From: an uncultured Candidatus Saccharibacteria bacterium
Lineage (GTDB): Bacteria; Patescibacteriota; UBA1384; CAYGGE01
Assembly (NCBI GenBank): GCA_964349485.1
Contig: CAYGGE010000001.1
Span: forward strand, 4,665-68,664
Reading direction: 5' to 3'
DNA length: 64,000 nucleotides
The notes under the pieces were generated by a model, which was not told the DNA's origin, made no database searches, and saw nothing but the letters and a program-made list of their open reading frames with translations. Positions within the stretch are counted from its first letter, which is position 1. Each line of letters starts with the position of its first letter. Shown piece by piece: positions 37,262 to 46,098 of this stretch. The translations under genes were made by a program, and so were the position numbers.

Positions 37262-38203
37262 CTACCGGCGGCGGATCTTCTGGCCAAGTTTAAACGCCTC
37301 GTACCATAATGGCAGATAGACATAATCCCACCCCCCTACCAGATCAACCCGCTCTCCGCCAAAGCGTTCTTTAAACTGAGTCAAATTGGAGTAAGGGTGG
37401 TTCCCCTTAGCGTCTGGTGGCGATACCTGAAGGAGATCATAGACCGTGCAACTCCTCTCCTTCGCTCGTCTCATGGCTTCAAAATGAGCTGCATAAGGCG
37501 CCATGACGTTTCGATGCTCATTGCTTGAGGCGCCGTAGAGGTAGTTGGCCAGACCATCGTAGTAGGTCATGATGAAGGTGGTTAGTGGTTGACCTTCATA
37601 TTCGGCGATAACCAACTCGCCAAGACCGTGTTCGAAAAGCATGGTGCAAAGATCGTGGAAATAAGTTTTAGAGCGAATGCTGAACCTATTTCGGCCACCG
37701 GTCAAGCGAAACAAGTCATAGAATACCTCGACGTCCTTTATATCAGTCGAGAACCGTACCTCGACCCCCTTCCTATTGGCCAATTTTACGTTGTATCGAC
37801 CCTTTTCAGTCATGTTTGCGAGGATCGTCGTCTCGTCTTGAGTAATATCGACTTGTTGTCGGTGTTCTGGTTGTGTCTCTTCGAAGGCCTTTCGGAAACC
37901 AGCCTTTTTTAACGCAGTGACTGTGGCGCTCTCCCCTTTGTCCTTTACATCGAAGATCTCCAAACGAAGGAAGATCGTCGTTCTCGATAAGGACCGGGCT
38001 TTTTCGATGAATTCCGTTAGCTCAGAAGCCGTTGCCTCGCCCACCGATACCTCAGGCGCGTAGAGGAAAGTTTTGCCTATCCCTAGCTTACGCTCCAGAA
38101 CAAAAATCGACTGGCCATCGTCGCCAAAACCGACCTCATGAGCCTTCCAGCCCCGTGAAGCCTTAAACTGCACCCACTCTTTCGTTTGAAGTAAACTTTT
38201 CAT
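37262..38203 (-). CDS. FemAB-family peptidyltransferase (peptidoglycan interpeptide-bridge formation)
   Basis: 313 aa; GNAT-like duplicated fold pattern of FemABX (...LYAPEVS..., ...YEAFKLGQ...). This is a moderate call. Confidence 0.55.
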   Translation of the reverse strand: MKSLLQTKEWVQFKASRGWKAHEVGFGDDGQSIFVLERKLGIGKTFLYAPEVSVGEATASELTEFIEKARSLSRTTIFLRLEIFDVKDKGESATVTALKKAGFRKAFEETQPEHRQQVDITQDETTILANMTEKGRYNVKLANRKGVEVRFSTDIKDVEVFYDLFRLTGGRNRFSIRSKTYFHDLCTMLFEHGLGELVIAEYEGQPLTTFIMTYYDGLANYLYGASSNEHRNVMAPYAAHFEAMRRAKERSCTVYDLLQVSPPDAKGNHPYSNLTQFKERFGGERVDLVGGWDYVYLPLWYEAFKLGQKIRRR

Positions 38204-38312
38204 AGGTTCATTGTACCCATGACGCTATAGAATAACAACTTATGAAGGGTGAACCCTGAACGAGAGGTCTAAACCTGTTGCCGTTGGATTGAAAGGCTGG
38301 TAGAATAACCCT

Positions 38313-40508
38313 ATGTCACAAGAACTACCTAAAGCTTATGAACCGTCGGCCGTCGAGAGCGATATTGTAGCTCTCTGGAAGAAGCATGAATTAGGGAAGC
38401 CTTCCGAGAAGCATGGTGCCAAGCCTTACTGCATCATCAATCCCCCGACCAATGCCAATGGTGCGCTGCATATTGGTCACGCCGTGGGGATTACGCTCCA
38501 GGATCTCATGATCCGTTACCACCGTATGAAGGGAGATGCCACGTTATGGGTGCCCGGTTTTGATCATGCCGGCTTTGAGACCCAAACGGTTTTCGATAAG
38601 AAGTTGGAAAAAGAGGGTCGTTCTCGCTTTAAGATGAAGCGACAAGAGCTCTACGACGAGATGTACGATTTTACTCAAGAGAAGATTGATGAGATGCGAC
38701 CGCAATTCGAGAAACTCGGAGCTTCACTTGATTGGTCAAAAGAGATCTTTACCCTCGATCCTCGGGTGGTGAATATTGTCTATAAAACCTTTAAAGATTT
38801 ATACGATGATGATCTTGTGTATCGCGGTGAGCGGTCAATTAACTGGTGCGTCAAACATCAGACAACCCTCGCTGAGCTCGAAACTCGCTACGAAGAGCGT
38901 CAGGACGAGTTCTACTACTTTAAATATGGCCCGTTCACCATCGGCACCGCTCGACCGGAAACCAAGTTTGGTGATAAGTACGTCGTCATGCACCCCGATG
39001 ACCCACGCTATAAGGAATACAAACAGGGTCAGACCTTGCAGGTTGAATGGATTAACGGCCCGATTACCGCGACGATCATCAAAGACGAAGCGGTTGACAT
39101 GGAGTTCGGTACCGGGGTCATGACCATCACTCCTTGGCACGATGCGACCGACTTTGAGATCGCCAAACGTCACAACCTGCCCATAGAACAAGTCATCGAC
39201 CAGTTCGGTAAATTACTACCAATCGCCAGCGAATTTGAAGGCATGAAGATTGCTGCCGCCCGGCCATTGATCGTTGAAAAATTGGATAAGAAGAGTCTGG
39301 TTGAAAAGATTGAAGCGAATTACAAACACAACGTTCAGGTTTGTTATAAATGTAACACTGTAGTTGAGCCACAAGTCCTCCCCCAGTGGTATATTGCCAT
39401 GACCAAGACCGGCAACAGTGGCAAGAACTTGCGTGACGATGCCGTTGCAGCGGCCAAAGCGGGTAGGGTGAAGTTCGTGAGTAAGAAGTTTGAGAACCTC
39501 TACTACAGTTGGCTCAGCAATATCCGCGACTGGAACATCTCACATCAGATCGTCTGGGGCATCCAGCTACCGATCTGGTACTGCCGATGCGACGACTGTT
39601 CATGTGAGCCTATTGTGACCGACGGCTCGACCCCCGAGGCGTGTCCTTCTTGTGGGAGTAAGCAGCTCGATCGAGACCCCGATGTCTTCAATACTTGGTT
39701 CTCATCAGGACAATGGCCTTTAGCTGCCCTACGGGCTCAAGATCAGGCTCTATTTGAAAAATATTACCCAACGGCCGTCATGGAAACCGGCTACGACATC
39801 ATCTTTTTCTGGGTCGCCCGCATGATCATGCTGGGGCTCTATACGACCGGCGAGGTCCCCTTCTCCGACGTCTATCTCCACGGTTTAGTGCGAGACAAAG
39901 ATCGTCAGAAGATGAGTAAGTCAAAGGGTAACGTGATCGACCCGCTGGGCATTGCCGAGCATTATGGCTCTGACGCCGTACGGCTAGCCCTGATCTTTGG
40001 CGCTTCCGCCGGCAACGACATCGTTATCACCGAGGAGAAGATTAAAGGCATGCGGAATTTTGCCAATAAGCTTTGGAATATCGCCCGTTTCGTGTTGTTA
40101 AACCTAGAAGACAGCACATTTAACACTGACGAGCTAGCGAACGTCAGCCTCAAAACCGAAGCCGACAAGACCCTATTTAGCAAGCTTGGTTCTGATTTAG
40201 TGCCATCGATCACTCAAAATATCGACAATTATCAGTTTCACTTAGCCGCCGAGAAACTATACGACTTCATCTGGCATGATTTTGCTGATAACTATCTTGA
40301 GACGGCCAAAGCACAACTCGCGAACCCCGAGACAAAAGAATCGACCCAAAAGATCTTACTGGTTGCTCTACGGACACAAGTCTGCCTATTGCATCCGTTG
40401 ATGCCATTCGTAACCGAAGCGATCTATCAGTCATTGCCGATTACCGATAAACCGCCGCTACTTGCTACTGCCGAGTGGCCAAGGACTGCCAGAGAAGCTG
40501 GCGTATGA
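38313..40508 (+). CDS. valS: Valyl-tRNA synthetase (short form, lacking C-terminal coiled-coil extension)
   Basis: HIGH region PPTNANGALHIGHAV, GFDHAGFETQ, editing (CP1) domain and KMSKSKGN; 731 aa. Confidence 0.85.
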   Translation: MSQELPKAYEPSAVESDIVALWKKHELGKPSEKHGAKPYCIINPPTNANGALHIGHAVGITLQDLMIRYHRMKGDATLWVPGFDHAGFETQTVFDKKLEKEGRSRFKMKRQELYDEMYDFTQEKIDEMRPQFEKLGASLDWSKEIFTLDPRVVNIVYKTFKDLYDDDLVYRGERSINWCVKHQTTLAELETRYEERQDEFYYFKYGPFTIGTARPETKFGDKYVVMHPDDPRYKEYKQGQTLQVEWINGPITATIIKDEAVDMEFGTGVMTITPWHDATDFEIAKRHNLPIEQVIDQFGKLLPIASEFEGMKIAAARPLIVEKLDKKSLVEKIEANYKHNVQVCYKCNTVVEPQVLPQWYIAMTKTGNSGKNLRDDAVAAAKAGRVKFVSKKFENLYYSWLSNIRDWNISHQIVWGIQLPIWYCRCDDCSCEPIVTDGSTPEACPSCGSKQLDRDPDVFNTWFSSGQWPLAALRAQDQALFEKYYPTAVMETGYDIIFFWVARMIMLGLYTTGEVPFSDVYLHGLVRDKDRQKMSKSKGNVIDPLGIAEHYGSDAVRLALIFGASAGNDIVITEEKIKGMRNFANKLWNIARFVLLNLEDSTFNTDELANVSLKTEADKTLFSKLGSDLVPSITQNIDNYQFHLAAEKLYDFIWHDFADNYLETAKAQLANPETKESTQKILLVALRTQVCLLHPLMPFVTEAIYQSLPITDKPPLLATAEWPRTAREAGV

Positions 40509-40975
40509 AACGACCTGAAGGAGCGGGACTAGAACTAACCTCAACCCATTGGTTGCAACTCACGGCCACTGTTTTACTGATCCTTGCCGGTTGGCTTTGG
40601 AGTAGCAAGTTAGCGATCGTGACCTATCAAGCCCAGGTCGCCACCATCAATAGTTCACTCGATGATCAAGTCGCCTTGCTTACCGACCGTCTAGCCACCC
40701 AAACCGACACCCTGAGACTGATGGCCACCGGTCATCGGTTTCTTGATGCCAAAAGCCCACGCTTCGCCGTTGTCGCTCTAAGCCAAGCGGTCAAACTCGA
40801 TCCGGCCAATCGCGACTCCTGGTATCTATTGGCCTACAGTTATGTTGAGTTAGCAAATGAACATTATGAACCATTTGTCTCCCGAAGCAAAGCCACGGCG
40901 GCACTAAAGAAAGCCCTGGCGATTGACGCAAACTATGAGCCGGCGAAAGAGCTGTTGGAACAACTTAGTCGCTAA
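40505..40975 (+). CDS. Membrane-anchored TPR-like protein, translationally coupled to valS (ATGA overlap)
   Basis: ATG 40505 overlaps the valS stop. TM WLQLTATVLLILAGWLW, then a helical repeat region (...DPANRDSWYLLAYSYVELANEHYEP...). The ORF track gives a longer alternative 40475 start. Confidence 0.55.
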   Translation: MKRPEGAGLELTSTHWLQLTATVLLILAGWLWSSKLAIVTYQAQVATINSSLDDQVALLTDRLATQTDTLRLMATGHRFLDAKSPRFAVVALSQAVKLDPANRDSWYLLAYSYVELANEHYEPFVSRSKATAALKKALAIDANYEPAKELLEQLSR

Positions 40976-41164
40976 ATCCAGAACCGGGAGACCGGGGCAA
41001 TTATCTGGTTTTCTAGTTTTCTAGTTAGTAACCAGCCAACTACTTGACCTTTTTAATTCGGATTTTTGCCATATAAGTGCTATACTTTTAAGGAAGGAAC
41101 CACCCGTCACCCGCCGTTAAGTCTATGGGTGATGAATCAGGTTTGGGTGGTAAGAAGGAGGGCA

Positions 41165-43081
41165 ATGGTCTCTAGGATCCCACGCCATCTCTCCATTTTT
41201 CTCGTAGCGACAATCGTTATGAGTTATTTCATTTCGCCAACCAATTTGAATGCCCAATCATCAGCAAGCACGACCAGCGCCGATACGATCACTGAAGATG
41301 AGGCAAGTGCGCTCATTGATGAGGCATTGGGTGGCAACGTGGCTGAGATTGTGGCAAGCAAGGACGGTGTAACCGAGGAAGAAGTCCAGCCCGATGCTTG
41401 TCTAGATAGTTTTAACCCAGCCAACGACTCAACAAAGACTGTTTTCAATGCTGGGATCATATTGAGTCGGGGCATTCCTCCCTACCTTCACCAATGTTTT
41501 ACTCTCGATGAAGACGGTGAAACGATTATTCATAAGTTTAAGTATAAGCTCCAAGGTCAGGATGGCGACACGATTTGGGAGCAACGGTTTACGCCGGCGA
41601 AGAAGACAGATCCGTCACTGCCTAAAATCTATGCGGGATGTGTTGGCATATCAAGTATCTCTGCCGCTGGAACGATCCCAATCAGGAGTTGTCAACAAAA
41701 TGCTTACCTATCTCGTGATTATTTTGCCTATGGCGAGAATGATGTCAAACTGACTACCTCGTCGTCATTTTCCGCTGTCGCTGGTTCTGGTGGCAGTATC
41801 AATGAAACTAAGCAAGTATTTAACGAAGAAGTTGAGCTCTACCAATTCGACACCGCACTCAGCCCTCGCCCGAATGCTTTCTTGGTAGTATCAATAAAAA
41901 ATAAGCTAGTGTACGGTCTCTATGAGATGAATACTGCAAGACTCCACATGAGTCCCGCCCAACGCAAGGCAGACCGTACGAAGAGCTTTACCACCGATGA
42001 CCTCAAATTTATTGCCCCAAAAAATAGCGGAACAGACTATGCCAATTTGCCAATCATTCAACACTATATTGCATCTATGAATGGTCTCATTAGCAAACAG
42101 CGTCCTGTCGCTTACCCTTTCCAACCTGTCTCGCCCGTCACCGTTCCAAACGCAGCAGACCGATCAGCCTATACAAGGCAGGGGGTAAAAAACTTGTTCG
42201 GATCAATAACGAACTCGTTTATCTTAAGAGCCGGAAGAGAGAAGGATTTGACACTTGAGGATTCAAGTGCCGATCCAAATCCAACTACCCCTCCCGTGGT
42301 ACGAATCAGCAAAGCAGCGACTGGGCTACCTCAGGATCTCACCCCAACGCTTCGCTACCTGCCCTATGTTTCCACTCGTATCGATCTGACACAATTGGCC
42401 TTCGAGGTGAAAAACAACTACTTCTTCTTTGCGTTTGACAAACTATCGGACGACATGGTCAAATCGTTCAATATTCGGGGCATCGATCCCGATCTGATCT
42501 ATTTAGCCATCGATGTCGGTGGCAATATTGCCTTCGTCGTTGAAGATACTTCCAACGGTGGTGGCATATTCCAAAACGATCGTAAAAAGCTCGATCCATT
42601 TGTTGTGTTTGGCAAGTTTGATAGTGACAATCAAGTCAGCACAAACTTGCTCAATGAATCATTGCACATCGATCGGGAAGAGTACAAACAGGTTCTAACC
42701 ACTCGGGTATATAACGAACCTCAGGTACCGAAGTCTGACGGTAAAGACTGTGGAGCTCTCGTGCTCTATCCACAGTTGAACATAGGCTATGCAGACGAAT
42801 CATTCCCTGACGGTATACCTAAAGGTGATTACCGCAAATGTATCAACACTTCACCGGACGGTTGGCTGTCAACCTGGGGCGTACAAATAAAGAAGCTCGA
42901 TTCCTTGAAAGATCCTTGTGTCTTGGCCTTTGAACAGAAGGGTAACTACTGGTTCAACTTCTTTGTTGGTGGACCGATGGGCCGTTCAGTCTGCTGGGTT
43001 GTGGGGGTAGCTACTAACGCTGCGGTCTGGATGGCTGGCTTTTCAGTCGACTTTCTTATTGGAGCTGTCGGTTTGCAGTAA
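41165..43081 (+). CDS. Secreted protein of unknown function (first gene of giant-ORF cluster); the ORF track starts at TTG 41066
   Basis: ATG 41165 is in frame with AAGGAGG just upstream. The signal peptide is MVSRIPRHLSIFLVATIVMSYFISPTNLNAQ. About 600 aa has no recognizable motif. The C-terminal hydrophobic segment is VVGVATNAAVWMAGFSVDFLIGAVGLQ. Confidence 0.7.
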   Translation: MVSRIPRHLSIFLVATIVMSYFISPTNLNAQSSASTTSADTITEDEASALIDEALGGNVAEIVASKDGVTEEEVQPDACLDSFNPANDSTKTVFNAGIILSRGIPPYLHQCFTLDEDGETIIHKFKYKLQGQDGDTIWEQRFTPAKKTDPSLPKIYAGCVGISSISAAGTIPIRSCQQNAYLSRDYFAYGENDVKLTTSSSFSAVAGSGGSINETKQVFNEEVELYQFDTALSPRPNAFLVVSIKNKLVYGLYEMNTARLHMSPAQRKADRTKSFTTDDLKFIAPKNSGTDYANLPIIQHYIASMNGLISKQRPVAYPFQPVSPVTVPNAADRSAYTRQGVKNLFGSITNSFILRAGREKDLTLEDSSADPNPTTPPVVRISKAATGLPQDLTPTLRYLPYVSTRIDLTQLAFEVKNNYFFFAFDKLSDDMVKSFNIRGIDPDLIYLAIDVGGNIAFVVEDTSNGGGIFQNDRKKLDPFVVFGKFDSDNQVSTNLLNESLHIDREEYKQVLTTRVYNEPQVPKSDGKDCGALVLYPQLNIGYADESFPDGIPKGDYRKCINTSPDGWLSTWGVQIKKLDSLKDPCVLAFEQKGNYWFNFFVGGPMGRSVCWVVGVATNAAVWMAGFSVDFLIGAVGLQ

Positions 43082-43086
43082 ATGCT

Positions 43087-45654
43087 ATGCAAAATAATAA
43101 TCGCCAACAGATCACTTATCTCGCCCTCCTAAGCCTATTCATCATGGGCATGTTTGTGGCTACATCGCCGACCGTAACACACGCCCAAGACCAGGCCGTC
43201 AGTATCGATCTGGCCGATTGTGCGACCACCCAGCGCCAGAGCACAACCAAAGCTAAAAACGATGTCGCACTGACTGAGACTAAACAATTGACCGAGAATT
43301 TTCTGCTAAATGCCTTCACCTACCAAACGCTCAATCAGCGGTTACGTTGTGATCCACTGATTGTCGGCGTTCTCGACGATCAAGGCAAGCCAACGACAAC
43401 AAGTATCTACAAGACATCACAAAACTTGGTTAATTTTGGCGTCTTAGTCGCTTTGCTCATCATTGCTTTTGCCAATATTCTGCCGCTGAAAATTGAGACC
43501 TATGCGGTAAAAAAAGCGGTACCAATGTTAGTACTTGGTGTAGTTCTCGCTAATCTAGCCCTACCAATGATCCGGACCGTAGTCGATTTTTCTGGTGTCC
43601 TGACTGCCACGCTAATTAGCTCTGCCACCCCTGAGCAGACCCGAACGGCCTTCGTCGAACAGCTCGTTAGCACTGTCTATAAGGGCGGAGCGGCGGCCAC
43701 CGGCGATGCCCTACGAGGAATTGCCACAGGTAATGGTGGGTTAAATGCGGCGATCGGCATTGTCGGTTTCGGTGTCGCGCTCGCTGGGGCAACCGGACCA
43801 TTCTTTGTGGCTCTCTTTGTCGGAGTCCTCTTCCTGATCACTCTTCCCAGTATCATTTTCCTCTATCTCGGTATCCTGTTTGTGGCCCGCATTTACGTCT
43901 TAGTCATCCTAACCGCGACCTCACCGATTGCTTTTGCCTCGATTGGCTTTGAGCCGCTCAAAGGGAAGATTTGGGCCTGGTGGTGGAAGCAGTTTATTAA
44001 CTGGACGTTCATGGCCCCGGCAACCTTCTTCCTCATGTGGGTCAGTATTCGGTTCTATCAGGCCGTTAATGAGCAACCAGATATTGGGACCTATGTCCTC
44101 ACGCTCGCCCTCCTCTTCCTCGCGGCCCAAATCCCGACCAAAATGGGTGGGACGATTATCAGTAAATGGAATGACACCTTCGCCGCTCCATTACGCAGTT
44201 TGGCTCTGAAGCCGTTTACCAGCGCCAAGGACTATGTTCAAAAGGCCGCCCCGCGCGATCTGTCTCGGTTCGCCAGCAACCGGGGGCTCAATCCAGTAAA
44301 ATTTGCCTCTGAGTTTGGCGCCGCCGTCGAGAAGAAAAATGCCGAACGCGAGACCTATTCCAAGTCTGCTGGCGCTGGTCGGTTCTATGGGACGATTCGG
44401 GGCTCAATGCAAAATGTATGGTCTAAGCAGGAAAGGGATGAAGCCTGGGCTAATCGGTTTAATAATTCCGATGTCCGCGAAGAGTTTCGAAAGAAATCTC
44501 AAATGGATATCATAAAACGCTACCATTTAGATCAGTCCATGATTGAAGATAAAACGACTAACGCTGGGAATAACGAAGACATTAGGAGTGCGCTTGAAAA
44601 AGATCGAGAGGCGGTTAAGGCTGGCACTATCACCGAACAAGAGAAGATTCGTAACATCATATTAAACCACGGTCAGCTTGGTGGTAAATTAAGCGATATC
44701 GATGCCACCGCCCTTTTTGAAAAGATTCAAAATCCCGCGCTTCGAGATGACTTAAAGAAGCTCTACGCTGCTTACTACACGAGAAAAACCGACGATCCAT
44801 ATAGTTTTGGTACATCGCCAGCCGAGCTGAGCAAGGCCAATGAAAGTCGTGATGAGCAAAATAAGGTGAAGCCGGACGAGCAGTTCTCGAAGGACTTGGC
44901 CGCACTAGGCAATCGAATTGCCAATGCCATCAGCACCGCCGCCGAAAACAAGAAAGAGAAAGAATATCTAACTCGAATGCTAGATCAGCTACGAACTATG
45001 AACATAAACCTTAATGATCTTGGAGCGATCGAAAAAGATATCAATGCCCTAGCTACTGTCAAAGCCTTGCTCAAGTATGGTAAGAATGCGCCAACCGATG
45101 GTCAAAACAGCTCTACCATGGCTGAGATTGAACAACACCGAGCCGCCCTTGGTGTAATTAGGATTGAAAAGCTTATCAGTTCTCCAAGTGGTGCGGCGTT
45201 GGCCGCCGCAATCAACCACCAGCGTCAAGAGCGGGCCGACAGTGGCGGTTCTCCATTTGTTCAGCTTGATCTAAATCAGCTCCAAGGCTTACTATCTCAA
45301 GGGACCAATCATGACCCGGCCCAAAGCCAAGCCATCAGAGAGGCTATAGAAAATACTAAAGAACTTCGAGATTTCCTTAAGCACTTGCTAACTACCTCAC
45401 TTAGTGCAAAACTCGATGTCGGAGATCTTGATAGATTGGTTAATCATGTTCTGCCCGAAGATGGCATACCAACAAAACTACATGCCGAAGCAATCAGGTC
45501 TATTGTCTCCGATAAAAATAAGGCCTCACCGGCAATTGCCCAGGAAATCGCCATGCGGGCCGAGAGCTACAATAATGCAGTCGACCAAATTAACGAAGCA
45601 AAAGCCATGCAGCAGATTACTGCCGGACACGTCACCACGACCGTCAACAGCTAG
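43087..45654 (+). CDS. Polytopic membrane protein with VirB6/TrbL-like architecture plus about 520-aa hydrophilic C-terminal extension
   Basis: Signal peptide (LALLSLFIMGMFVATSPTVTHA), about 90-aa exported N-domain, then 5-6 TM helices (LVNFGVLVALLIIAF; VPMLVLGVVLANLALPMI; IGIVGFGVALAGATGPFFVALFVGVLFLITLPSIIFLYLGILFVARIYVLVILTA; FINWTFMAPATFFLMWVSI; YVLTLALLFLAAQIP), then a long helical tail. This layout is typical of T4SS VirB6/TrbL proteins. Starts 5 nt after the upstream stop. Confidence 0.5.
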   Translation: MQNNNRQQITYLALLSLFIMGMFVATSPTVTHAQDQAVSIDLADCATTQRQSTTKAKNDVALTETKQLTENFLLNAFTYQTLNQRLRCDPLIVGVLDDQGKPTTTSIYKTSQNLVNFGVLVALLIIAFANILPLKIETYAVKKAVPMLVLGVVLANLALPMIRTVVDFSGVLTATLISSATPEQTRTAFVEQLVSTVYKGGAAATGDALRGIATGNGGLNAAIGIVGFGVALAGATGPFFVALFVGVLFLITLPSIIFLYLGILFVARIYVLVILTATSPIAFASIGFEPLKGKIWAWWWKQFINWTFMAPATFFLMWVSIRFYQAVNEQPDIGTYVLTLALLFLAAQIPTKMGGTIISKWNDTFAAPLRSLALKPFTSAKDYVQKAAPRDLSRFASNRGLNPVKFASEFGAAVEKKNAERETYSKSAGAGRFYGTIRGSMQNVWSKQERDEAWANRFNNSDVREEFRKKSQMDIIKRYHLDQSMIEDKTTNAGNNEDIRSALEKDREAVKAGTITEQEKIRNIILNHGQLGGKLSDIDATALFEKIQNPALRDDLKKLYAAYYTRKTDDPYSFGTSPAELSKANESRDEQNKVKPDEQFSKDLAALGNRIANAISTAAENKKEKEYLTRMLDQLRTMNINLNDLGAIEKDINALATVKALLKYGKNAPTDGQNSSTMAEIEQHRAALGVIRIEKLISSPSGAALAAAINHQRQERADSGGSPFVQLDLNQLQGLLSQGTNHDPAQSQAIREAIENTKELRDFLKHLLTTSLSAKLDVGDLDRLVNHVLPEDGIPTKLHAEAIRSIVSDKNKASPAIAQEIAMRAESYNNAVDQINEAKAMQQITAGHVTTTVNS

Positions 45655-45663
45655 GAGAAAGCG

Positions 45664-46092
45664 ATGATGAACATGCAGGAGCGCCAAACGATGGCCAATC
45701 AGTTAGCAAAGCTTAGGGCGCAGATCATCCAATACGATGATTGGGTCTTGAAGGCTATCCCACCTGACCTACAGCAACAGGCACGCAGTTTTTCGGCGCT
45801 CCAGCCGATTACTAGTAGCGGCCTCGAGCCAGTCCATACAATTATCAACCGGCTCGATTGGGCGATCCACTTCCTTAACGACCCCCATTTTCCAGAAAAC
45901 CAGCAGAAACAACGAACATCCATGGCATCGACTAGCATTCGACAGGTCGTGGATACTAGTAGAAACAGCCCACCACAGTATAATAATCAAGAGCCGAAGG
46001 TTACTGCAATGAAGCTAGTCAGCCAGCCAGCCACTACCTCGTCTAAACCGCTTGATTTTGGGCCTTTTGGCCCCAAGAGCCATGGTAGCTAA
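45664..46092 (+). CDS. Hypothetical protein (142 aa)
   Basis: AGGAGA RBS; no motif. Confidence 0.55.
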   Translation: MMNMQERQTMANQLAKLRAQIIQYDDWVLKAIPPDLQQQARSFSALQPITSSGLEPVHTIINRLDWAIHFLNDPHFPENQQKQRTSMASTSIRQVVDTSRNSPPQYNNQEPKVTAMKLVSQPATTSSKPLDFGPFGPKSHGS

Positions 46093-46098
46093 GGCCCA

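Noticed and set aside
41040-41090. Clean sigma-70 promoter directly upstream of the first cluster gene
   Set aside because: TTGACC (41044-41049) and TATACT (41081-41086) hexamers exist but their spacing (31 nt) is wrong, and alternative pairings are poor. The promoter for the first third of the cluster is not confidently identifiable by eye.
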